Origin: an uncultured delta proteobacterium
GTDB taxonomy: Bacteria; Desulfobacterota; Desulfobacteria; Desulfobacterales; JAFDCJ01
Assembly (NCBI GenBank): GCA_963769935.1
Contig: CAVYNY010000008.1
Span: 1 to 64,000 of the forward strand
DNA: 64,000 nt
Direction: 5' to 3'
Position numbers and translations under genes: made by a program. Shown one piece after another: positions 55,010 through 64,000 of this stretch. Position 1 is the first letter of the stretch. Each line of letters opens with the position of its first letter. The notes beneath the pieces are model-generated. The model worked only from the letters and a program-made list of their open reading frames with translations, was not told the DNA's origin and searched no databases.

Positions 55010-55780
55010 TTATTCCCCGGTGAATAGCGGCTCACGCTTTTCCAAAAATGCACTAAAGCCTTCGACGCGATCCTTGGATGCGCCGACAACGGCACTGCCC
55101 TCCTCTTCAACCTTTAGCCCCCGTTCGAAGCCTTCATACTCACCGGCGGAGATGGCTTTCAGAACACAACTTACCGCCAGCGGCGGCCGTTTCATCAGCT
55201 TCTCCGCAAATTCAACGGCTGCATCCATTAGTTTCTCAGGCGGCGACAGGCGGTTGGCAAGTCCGCATTCAAGGGCCTGCTGCGGGTCAAGCCGCGTGCT
55301 GAACAGGATCATATCCAAGGCCCTGGCTTTGCCCACAATCCGGGTCAGCCGCTGGGTGCCGCCCCAGCCGGGAATGATGCCGACGTTGAGCTCCGTCAGT
55401 CCGATGTTTAATTTGGGGTTATCCGCCACGATCCTGAAATGACAGCTCAAGGCCAGTTCCAGCCCTCCGGCAAGAACATGACCGTTGATGGCGGCAATGA
55501 CCGGTTTTGCAAAACGATCCAATCGGGTCCAGAGTTGCCGTCCCTTGGGTGAGGTTTTATGCGAGTTGGCCGAATCACTGAGATCAAAGCCGGCGGAAAA
55601 AGCCTTCTCGCCGCCGCCGGTGATAATAAGCACCCGCAGCGCTTTATCGTTTTCAACGTCATCGATGGCTCTTTCAAAATCGGACATCATGCCCCAATTC
55701 CAGGCGTTTACCGGGGGATGGTTGAGCGTGATGATGCAGATGTGGCCCTTCTTCTCTACAATCAGATTTTCGTAATCCAT
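55010..55780 (-). CDS. Enoyl-CoA hydratase/isomerase
   Basis: FSAGFDL, GGLELAL, E..GIIPGWGGTQRL. Confidence 0.92.
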   Translation of the reverse strand: MDYENLIVEKKGHICIITLNHPPVNAWNWGMMSDFERAIDDVENDKALRVLIITGGGEKAFSAGFDLSDSANSHKTSPKGRQLWTRLDRFAKPVIAAINGHVLAGGLELALSCHFRIVADNPKLNIGLTELNVGIIPGWGGTQRLTRIVGKARALDMILFSTRLDPQQALECGLANRLSPPEKLMDAAVEFAEKLMKRPPLAVSCVLKAISAGEYEGFERGLKVEEEGSAVVGASKDRVEGFSAFLEKREPLFTGE

Positions 55781-55803
55781 TTGATTCTCCTTTTAATGAC
55801 TAA

Positions 55804-55959
55804 GGGTTCACGAAAAAATTAATTCACGGTTTTAGGCGCTGAGGCGCTCTTGCGGCAAGGCGCGAAAACGCAGGAATATCTGGATATTCCGAGCTTTCGC
55901 AACGCAGCCGCAAGAGATGCATCGGCGTATAAAATGTGAAGTTATATTTGAGCGAGCCC
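55804..55959. mobile_element. 156-bp MITE copy 2 (inverted relative to copy 1; TAA duplication)
   Basis: Reverse complement of 26283-26438 with few differences. Confidence 0.88.
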
Positions 55960-56495
55960 TAAGGCCGAGATAAAGGTTTCAGGTGTCAGATCCTCATAGG
56001 TTTCAGGTGTCAGGTGTCAGCCCAGCCGCCGGCCAAAACAACGGCCGGTCTGATCATAAAAGAAACTTTTGGAAATCGGACACAGTTGGATTTAATATCA
56101 CGCCCACTTTCAGGCTTCGCTCTTCGAGCTACGACCCGACAAGCCGTTAGAGCTCACAGAGACCGCAGAGAACATTTTTCTTTCGCCGCAGGCGCCTGTA
56201 AACCCAGACCTCTGTGATCTCCGAGCGCTCTGTGTGAGATGTAGTTTCATACGAGGTGTCAGCAGGAAGACGGACACTATCTAATTTTTCATAGCTGAAA
56301 TCTCGAACATTACACAATCAGCTTAAAGGTTCCAAAGGAATTGGCCAGCCCCTTAATTCCAATTTATCATTTATCTGATACTCCTGTGCTTCTTCAGCTA
56401 CCTGCCAACGCCGATCTCTTGCTGAAACCTTTTTACGGCTGATGCCTAAAACTTAAAGCGTCATTAAGATGTCCGATGCCAATTCAAAAACATTA

Positions 56496-57701
56496 TCAAT
56501 TGAGCGGCGTCATCGACTCAATAAACGCTTCCAACCGCGTCTCCACCTGCGCATCCGAATACGCCCGGGGATCATTCTGGTCGGCTTCTATGACAACGCC
56601 GGGCTTGCCCGTCATTTTGGCCAGTTCATCCTGCATACGGTACATGCCTATGGAATAAGGCTTGCAGGAGCGGTTGGAGTGCATGATAAAGCCGGTTAGC
56701 GAGAACTCATCGATCAATCCGGCCAGATATTTGATCCTGTCTTCAAAGCCGGTATTAATGTAAACGTTCAAATAGCTTTTGGCGACGGCTTCATATGGAT
56801 CGTCGTTTTCTTCTACGGAATAATTGCTGTATTGGCCCCAGCTGTTGGCATAGGTAGTTACGACCAGCGTACACTTCTGTTCTTCGAAGAATTGCTCCAG
56901 GCGCCGCATTTTAAACCACACCGGCAGATTGTCCCAGAGCACGCGGTATTTTTCTTCAGGCAATGATCCTATTTTTTGGGCAGCCCGTTCGGCGATTTCT
57001 TCATAGAGCATTTTGTTATAATCCACACACGCCCGGGTGCCGCGCAGGGTGACGATGGGACCTAAATGGATAAATGTGTCCAGACTGTTGAAGGGCGAAG
57101 GAATCGTCTTGCCCAGTTGAAGCAATTTTTGCCAGTAGCCGGCGGCCTCCCGGCTTAAGCGAAGCACTTCCTTCAGCCGGTCACGGTCAAACGGCTTACC
57201 GGTAAAATCAGCCAGGAATTTTTCAAGATCCTTGAATTGGGAAACCGTGTAGTCGATCAGGTCCTGTGTCAGACCGTCATGCAAAAACGGCGTGTCAACG
57301 ATGAAAAGCGGCACATCGTATTTGCGGGCGATCACTTCATACCACTTGATTACCGTTTTGCAGATGTTGGTGGAGCACAAGAGAAAATGCGGCGCCGGCA
57401 GGCCGGCTGCCGGACCGCCCTGGGTAATGTCGGCGCCGAAATCGGTTCGGGCATAAGCGCAGATATCCTGAGAAAAACCTTCCGCTTCCGCCGCTTCCAT
57501 CAATTCAATGGATTGATGGTTGGCCGCACACATGGCGGCATAGTTTTCCGGGTAAATCGGCAGGATGTCCATGGCATATAGAAACTCCACCGGTGCACCG
57601 CTGGTGATCCAGGCGATCGGCTTTTCCTTGGTGGTTTTAGCTTCAATATAGTAGTTCGTCAGAAGCTCTTTCATTTTATGGTAAGCGTTGAATTTGGTCA
57701 T
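56496..57701 (-). CDS. 2-hydroxyacyl-CoA dehydratase subunit (HgdA/BcrB-like)
   Basis: YPEN, DICAYAR, NICKT..KW, SCKP, IEADQND..TRLEAF. Confidence 0.85.
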   Translation of the reverse strand: MTKFNAYHKMKELLTNYYIEAKTTKEKPIAWITSGAPVEFLYAMDILPIYPENYAAMCAANHQSIELMEAAEAEGFSQDICAYARTDFGADITQGGPAAGLPAPHFLLCSTNICKTVIKWYEVIARKYDVPLFIVDTPFLHDGLTQDLIDYTVSQFKDLEKFLADFTGKPFDRDRLKEVLRLSREAAGYWQKLLQLGKTIPSPFNSLDTFIHLGPIVTLRGTRACVDYNKMLYEEIAERAAQKIGSLPEEKYRVLWDNLPVWFKMRRLEQFFEEQKCTLVVTTYANSWGQYSNYSVEENDDPYEAVAKSYLNVYINTGFEDRIKYLAGLIDEFSLTGFIMHSNRSCKPYSIGMYRMQDELAKMTGKPGVVIEADQNDPRAYSDAQVETRLEAFIESMTPLN

Positions 57702-57965
57702 GACGGTATTTCTTTCCCCAAAATTTTTCCTATCTTATGGGACACGGATCTTCACGGATTGACACAGATATTATAATAGCTGATAAGCTGCTGAGCTGGT
57801 AAGCAATAAGCATAAAATACTTCAATATTTTAAGAACGTACAGCTTACGAACCTACGAAATCATGAGCTAATCTATTCTATTCGCCTACGAACTCACGAA
57901 CTTAAGAGCTTACCAGCTCAATAGCTCAAGAGCTTGCCAGCTTATCAACTCAATAGCTTACCAGC

Positions 57966-59084
57966 TTAGGAACTTCTTTCCAGTATTTCACAAAACGCAT
58001 TAACCCTGGTCCTGACAGCATCAAAGTTGGTCATGGTCAGCTCCAGATCGATGAAAGCCACCGGTATGCCTGCATCTTTGAGATGTTTCATCAGCTGGGG
58101 CCGATCGAAGGCGTCCGGTTCGCAAAATTTTATGTACCAGAATAAAACCCCGTCCGCACCGGACGCTTTTACTTTATTCAGCAGGTAGGGATGGCGGTCA
58201 TTGTCGGGATTGTAAATACAGCAGCAAGGCGCCGGATTGAAAAGGTATTCGGTGATGCCTTCCACCAGGTTGTCGGTTTGCAGGACTTCCTTGGATACCG
58301 TCCGCCAACCGTCGGCAAAGTCGTCGTCCACAATCCAGGCGCCGGATTCATCGAAGATTTTATAAATCTCGAGGGGGTCAAAAACCATTCCGCACAGGAG
58401 CAGTTTCGGGCGGTTGAGATCGTCTGCGGCTAGCTTTTCAAGCTTGCCAAGCAAATCCTCCAACATTCGAGTGTAAGCATCGGCGGGCAGGAAGAAGCCG
58501 GCCTTGATGACCGTATAAAAATCATGGTTTTTAACCAGGCCGGGTTTATCGCGCCGGACCTGGTAAAGCCGGCGTTGCAGCGTCCGCATCCGACCATAGA
58601 TACCGGCGGCTTTCGTCAGCGAATCCGGCGTAATCCGTTTTCCGGTAACCGCTTCCAGTCCATCGGTTGCGGATTTAACCACACTTTTGAGATAGCCGCG
58701 CCGGGCCTCCGCGGTGCGGGTAATCGGAATGGAGAGCTCCAGAGTCGGTTTGGGGATGATCCGGCGATAAATTTCCCTCAAATTGATCAGCGTGTCGCAC
58801 AGCGAGGTAAACGCATAGGCCTTTACCATGTGGGCAATGCCCCGCAATTCGAGCTCCAGCACTGAACGCGCCACCGAACAGCAATAGGACTGAAGATAGG
58901 CATCCGCTTTTTCAATCGGCAAATTGTTGCCCCACAACTGAACGGGATAGCCACCGGCGGCTTCAATCAGCTCCATAGGGAAATAGGCCGGCATGACGCC
59001 GATCACCGGGCGGTCCAGTTCTTTTTCATATTTCAGGATCGTTTGCGAAACGTTTCCGACGACTTCATGGAATACTTCAAACAT
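57966..59084 (-). CDS. 2-hydroxyacyl-CoA dehydratase subunit (HgdB/BcrC-like)
   Basis: PMELIEAAG, YCCS, LCDT, KFCEP, TRVNAF. Confidence 0.85.
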   Translation of the reverse strand: MFEVFHEVVGNVSQTILKYEKELDRPVIGVMPAYFPMELIEAAGGYPVQLWGNNLPIEKADAYLQSYCCSVARSVLELELRGIAHMVKAYAFTSLCDTLINLREIYRRIIPKPTLELSIPITRTAEARRGYLKSVVKSATDGLEAVTGKRITPDSLTKAAGIYGRMRTLQRRLYQVRRDKPGLVKNHDFYTVIKAGFFLPADAYTRMLEDLLGKLEKLAADDLNRPKLLLCGMVFDPLEIYKIFDESGAWIVDDDFADGWRTVSKEVLQTDNLVEGITEYLFNPAPCCCIYNPDNDRHPYLLNKVKASGADGVLFWYIKFCEPDAFDRPQLMKHLKDAGIPVAFIDLELTMTNFDAVRTRVNAFCEILERSS

Positions 59085-59129
59085 ATTTTCTGCCCCTTGT
59101 GCTGATTCCATTCTGACCTGCTATAGAGA

Positions 59130-59176
59130 AATTTTCTGCCCACCCCAGCAAGATATTTTGAGGTGGGCAGAAAATA
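59130..59176. terminator. Long hairpin between thiolase and dehydratase genes
   Basis: ATTTTCTGCCCACC...GGTGGGCAGAAAAT. Confidence 0.55.
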
Positions 59177-60382
59177 TTAGTAGTCCTCCCGCTCGATGAT
59201 CGTGGCCACACCCTGACCGCCGCCGACGCAGGCATTGGAACAGCCGTAGCGGCCGCCTTTGGCTTCCAAAATGCGGGCCAAGGTTCCCGTCAGACGAATG
59301 CCGGTCGCACCCAGCGGATGGCCGATCGCCGTCCCACCGCCCATTACGTTGACGCGCTCCGGGTCGAGCCCCAGTTCCTTGATGCAGTTGAGCGCCACGA
59401 TACAAAATGCTTCATTGATTTCCCAGAAGTCTATATCAGACGCTTTCAGTCCGGCTCTATCAAGGGCCTTTTGGCTGGCCGGAACCGGACCGTGTCCCAT
59501 GATGGTGGGATCCACGCCGGCAAATCCGATCGAGCGGATTGTCGCCAGGGGTTTGATGCCCTTCTTTTTGGCAGTTTCCTTGGACATCAGCACCATGGAG
59601 GTCGCGGCGGCATTTAAAGGCGATGAGATGCCGGCCGTGATGACGCCGTCTTTTTTAAATGCCGGCTTCAGGGAAGCGAGGCCCTCCAGGGTGGTGTCGG
59701 CCCGGACGGCCTGGTCTTTGTCCACCACCATCATCGAACCGTCGGCCTGCTCGGCTTCGATGGGCAAAATTTCGCCGTCAAAAAAGCCGTCTTCCTGAGA
59801 TTTGGCAGCGCGCCGGTGGGAGCGTACCGCCCATTTATCCATGTCTTCTTTGGTATAGTCTGTCAGGGCAAAAAGTTTTTCGGCGGTCAACCCCATGTTC
59901 ATGGCGGTCATCATGTCCCAGTGCTGGTACTTGGGATCCATGAAAAGAGTCATGTTGGGAACAATAGCACCCCGGTCTATCAGGGGTCCGCCCATGGGAA
60001 CCCGGGTCATGTGCTCCATTCCGCCCACCAGAACGATGTCGGCAAAATCCTGGGCGATTTCCATAAAGCCGATGTGAATGCCGGCCATGGCCGAGCCGCA
60101 CTGTTGATCAACAAATTTGGCGGCAATCGAACTTGGCAAATTGGCTAGAAATAAAGGATTGCGCCCGCCGTACGTCCATTGCTCGCTGACACCGGTGGCG
60201 CAGCCCACCAGAAAATCATCGATTTCTTCGGGTTCAACGCTGCTTCTCTTGATTACTTCCGGCAAAAGCTTGGCCAGCAGTTCGTCGGACCTCATTTTAC
60301 AAAACCAATCCCGGGCCGGGTCATTGGGTCTTGACCGCGACTGAGCGGTTCTTAGATATCCAGCGATGACAACTTCTTTCAT
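59177..60382 (-). CDS. Acetyl-CoA C-acyltransferase (thiolase)
   Basis: QQCGS, EINEAF, GHPLGATG, CVGGGQG. Confidence 0.95.
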   Translation of the reverse strand: MKEVVIAGYLRTAQSRSRPNDPARDWFCKMRSDELLAKLLPEVIKRSSVEPEEIDDFLVGCATGVSEQWTYGGRNPLFLANLPSSIAAKFVDQQCGSAMAGIHIGFMEIAQDFADIVLVGGMEHMTRVPMGGPLIDRGAIVPNMTLFMDPKYQHWDMMTAMNMGLTAEKLFALTDYTKEDMDKWAVRSHRRAAKSQEDGFFDGEILPIEAEQADGSMMVVDKDQAVRADTTLEGLASLKPAFKKDGVITAGISSPLNAAATSMVLMSKETAKKKGIKPLATIRSIGFAGVDPTIMGHGPVPASQKALDRAGLKASDIDFWEINEAFCIVALNCIKELGLDPERVNVMGGGTAIGHPLGATGIRLTGTLARILEAKGGRYGCSNACVGGGQGVATIIEREDY

Positions 60383-60454
60383 GATGTTTCCTCCTTATTT
60401 GGTATTTGTTTGAGATTTGTTTTTGTGCTTGGAATTTTAATATGAGCGAAACGG

Positions 60455-62586
60455 CTATTCCTGATAAAACGCTTTACCGGATTCGGCCATCTCTTTAATC
60501 AGATCCGCGGGCTTGAAGCGCAGCCCGTAACGTTTCTCAAGCTCCACCAGCTTCTGGTAGACATTCTTCAGCCCCCATTTGTCGGCATAGCGCAGAATAC
60601 CGCCGCGATAGGGGGGAAAGCCGGTGCCGTAAATCATGGCCAGGTCCATATCCTGCGGACGGTCGCAGATGCCCTCTTCAATCATGAGGGCCGCCTCGTT
60701 GATGCCAAGGGAAAGCAGGGTGTCGGTTATCTCCTCTTTCGACATCTTTTTGGGTGCTACCCCGTGGTCCTTGAGGTATTTCTGCACCACCTCTACGACC
60801 TTGGGATTGGGGACCGGCTTAGGACCGCTGTAGTCAAAATATCCGGCCCCGGTTTTACGGCCATAGCACCCGGTTTGATAAATCAATTCCGTCAGTGGAT
60901 GCACTTTGTATCTCGCGCCCAATCTCTTTTCAAAGGTCTTGTTCACATGGTAGCCGATATCGATGCCGGTCAGATCCGACAGCGTGGCCGGCCCCATGGG
61001 CATGCCGAAATCCAGCATAGCGGCTTCAATGGCGGCGCCGTCCACACCATCGGCCGTCAGGTAAACCGCTCCGCCCAAAAGACCGCTCAGCTGTCTGGAC
61101 ACATAAAATCCCGGTCCGTCATTGACGACGATGGGTATTTTCTTGATGGTCCGGGCGAAAGCCACACTGGATGCCAGCGTCTGGTCGGATGTTTTTTGAG
61201 CACAAATAATTTCCAACAGCTGCATGCGGTGGGCCGGATTGAAGAAATGCAGTCCAATCATGCGGCCGGGATCTTTTAATACGGATGCCATCTCGGTGAT
61301 GGGCAGCGCCGATGTGTTGGTGGCAAAAATGACATCCGGTCGGCAGATGCCTTCCAGTTTTTGCCAGATGCCCTGTTTGACCTGCATGTCTTCCAAAACG
61401 GCTTCAATGATCAGATCCACATCTTTGAGCTCGTCCAGCGAAGTGGTCGTCTTCAGCTTATGTTCCAGCAGGTCGTCCAGGCCGGCCTGGGTCATTTTCC
61501 GCCTTTTGATCGGATAATCAAAGGTTTTACGAACCGAACTCTACCCCCTTGGCGACGGCCTGGTCGTTAATTTCCCACAGCGTCGTTTGATAGCCGCCGT
61601 TAAGCAGCAGGTTCACAATGCCCGAACCCATGACACCGGCACCGAGCATGGCGACCTTTTTGACGGGTACCGGCTGCAGGCCCTTAATCCTCGGCAGCCT
61701 GCCGGCAGCGCGGGTATTCAGAAAGATGCCGATCAGATTTTTGGCCACATCCGATACCGCACAGTCGGCAAAGAGGTCGGCTTCTCTTTGCCAGATCCGC
61801 ATCGATGTCATAGCTCAGGCCCTTGTCGATCGCTTCGACCGCTTTAAAGGGGGCAATATAGCCTTTGGCCTGGGCCGCCGTCATGGCCTTGGTGAAGTCC
61901 ATGAGCGCTTTTTTTTCGGCAGCACTGGGAATCCAGTAGTGCCGGTTGCGGGTGGCCCGGGCTTTAATATTCAATTCACGGGCGGCAAACCGTCCGGCCG
62001 CTTTTACAGCGGCAGCAAGCAGCTTCTCGGGATCGGTCACTTCATCGACCAGCCCTCTTTGATGAGCTACTTCAGCTTTGATGGGTTTGCCCATGGTGAT
62101 CATTTCCAGGGCATAGCGCAGGCCGATCAAACGCGGCAGCCTCTGGGTACCGCCGGCCCCGGGAATGAGCCCGATCTGAACTTCCGGCTGACCGAGATTG
62201 ATTCCTTTAACGGCGACCCGATAGTGGCAGCACATCGCGATTTCCAGCCCGCCGCCCAGGCAGTTGCCGTTGATGGCGGCCACCACCGCTTTGGGTCCGG
62301 TTTCGATGCTGTTGAGAAAATGCATGTTGGCCTTCATCTTCGGCAGCAGTTCTGCTTTGGTTTTAACATCTTTAATCTGCGTGATGTCGGCGCCGGCAAT
62401 AAAATTGTTGCCGCTGCCGGTGAGCACCAGGGCTTTTACCCCATCATCCCCAAATGCCTCGCTGACGGCTTGCGCCAGTTCCAGCACGAAATGCTCCGAC
62501 AGCTGGTTGACCGGCGGATTGTTCATGGTAAGCACCGCCACACCATCCTTGATCTCAACCTGAATGGTTTTAAAATCTGTCTTCAT
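60455..62586 (-). CDS. fadB: FadB-like enoyl-CoA hydratase/3-hydroxyacyl-CoA dehydrogenase (frameshifted)
   Basis: FIAGADI, GGGLE, GAGVMG, NTSAL, HFFNP across three frames. Confidence 0.88.
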
Positions 62587-62618
62587 TTTTACCTCCCCCT
62601 CTCCAAATTAGCTATTGG

Positions 62619-62870
62619 TTATTCATTTCCAATGGTCTCATCAAAGGTGATATCACAGCCGGCGCCCCACTCACGATCGTAGAAGCCGTTCTTGACATAC
62701 CGGCTGAAGGATGAGTATTCCCAATCCCTGGGTGCTTTTACCAGCCCGTGCTTTACCGGATTGTAATGAAGGTAATCGACATGGGCATTATAATCCTTCT
62801 GGTCCCTAATTTGATGCTCCCAAAATCTTCGTTGCCATATGCTCCCCTCTCCATGTCCTACTCTGGACGC
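62619..62870 (-). pseudogene. REP-associated tyrosine transposase (RAYT), C-terminal fragment
   Basis: IWQRRFWEHQIRD..YLHYNPVKHGLV..W.YSSF; HUH N-terminus missing. Confidence 0.85.
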
Positions 62871-62987
62871 CGTAGGGTGGGCTGACACCTGTCTGTCCTC
62901 CATAGCCTGAAAGGCAAAGGGGGAACACCTGAAACCTTCTTACAGCCGACACCTGAGACCTACTACATACTTTCCGAACAATGGCTG

Positions 62988-64000
62988 CTATCTATTCTTC
63001 CCGGCCTCCTCGTCCCTCAGCACCTTCCTGAGAATCTTGCCCACGGCCGACTTGGGAAGCTCAGCGCGAAATTCAACGAGTTTAGGCGATTTGTAAGCGG
63101 CTAATTTTTCCCGGCAAAAACTGATGATTTCTTCAGCCGCAGCAGTTTCACCTTCCTTCAGCACCACAAATGCTTTAACGGTTTCACCCCGGTACTCATC
63201 GGGAACGCCGACCGAAACGGCATCGGCAATTTTGGGATGCTGATAGAGCACCTCATCGATTTCACGCGGATAAATATTGTACCCACCGGCAATTATCATA
63301 TCTTTCTTGCGGTCGACAATGGAAAAATAATCGTCGTCATCCCGAACGGCGATATCACCGGTGTAAAGCCAACCGTCTTTAATCTGACCGGCCGTTTCTG
63401 CCGGATTGTTCCAGTACTCTTTCATGATCAACGGGCTCTTGAATATGATTTCACCGGGTTCGCCCTGCGCAACTTCCTCTTTGCCCTCCTCCACGTCAAC
63501 CAACCTTGACGTCCGTGTCCGGAAACGGGATCCCGATCGAACCGACCTTTTTCAGCCCCAAAGACAGGGTTGGCGATGCCCAGGGAGGTGGTTTCGCTCA
63601 TGCCCCAGCCTTCGCTGAAAGCGATTCCCATATCCCGCGCCCGCTCGATCAGCTCCACCGGCATGGGGGCGGCGCCGCTGTTTAGCAGCCCCAGTTTCTT
63701 GTCCAACTGCAGCTCGCCGGCTTTGGGATGATTTAAAATGGCGTTAATCATGGTCGGCACCGACGGGAAAAAACTGATCTCTTTGAAATTGCCCAGAATG
63801 CCCATCAATTCATCGAGTTCAAAACGCGGCACCATGATTTGGGTGGCACAGTTGAACATGGCCCAGCTCATGACCACGATCGTTCCGTAAACGTGGAAGA
63901 ATGGTAAAACGGCCAGCACGGATCGCTTTTCCGGCGGCGTCAGCCCGATCGTCGGATTGCCCCAGAGGGCACACTGCATGGTGGCCGCGACCAGATTGGC
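62988..64000 (-). CDS. Long-chain fatty acid-CoA ligase, 3' part (frameshifted; start off-window)
   Basis: LPFFHVYG, GWGMSE, TGD, DRKKD..GGYNIYP, SAVGK. Confidence 0.9.

Noticed and set aside
57775..57966. Possible CRISPR or coding repeat
   Set aside because: Degenerate 8-mer tandem units with no spacers or ORF

Overview
Bacterial chromosomal window, most consistent with a Desulfobacterales-like deltaproteobacterium (inferred from gene content). 1-14.3 kb is an AT-rich, decaying genomic island anchored at the 3' end of tRNA-Arg(ACG). It carries a broken integrase, IS21 and IS1595 remnants, a Ser/Thr kinase, a PD-(D/E)XK-like nuclease, an orphan PilB/GspE-HDOD-response regulator module and a secreted vanadium haloperoxidase-like gene. 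tadA, purA and tRNA-Pro(CGG) follow. At 17.1-19.0 kb is the most striking feature: a non-TIR mobile element encoding a 515-aa protein with no evident DDE or HUH motif. It lies in tandem with a ~151-bp non-coding mini-element with the same ends, and both are inserted at a CTG inside a dispersed repeat. Next is a complete shikimate/aromatic amino acid supercluster of two divergent operons, each with an unannotated leader-peptide attenuator (YFYYWYYF; FNFGRFFFNF). The rest is accessory lipid/acyl-CoA metabolism, a lipoprotein ClpP-like gene, a TIR-WD40-TPR gene, a Liv-type ABC transporter and a beta-oxidation/2-hydroxyacyl-CoA dehydratase cluster. Many intergenic gaps hold inverted 7-10-mer micro-tandem-repeat elements, and a 156-bp MITE occurs twice. 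Many frameshifts beyond 33 kb are probably sequencing errors. All family assignments come from motif recognition, not database searches.
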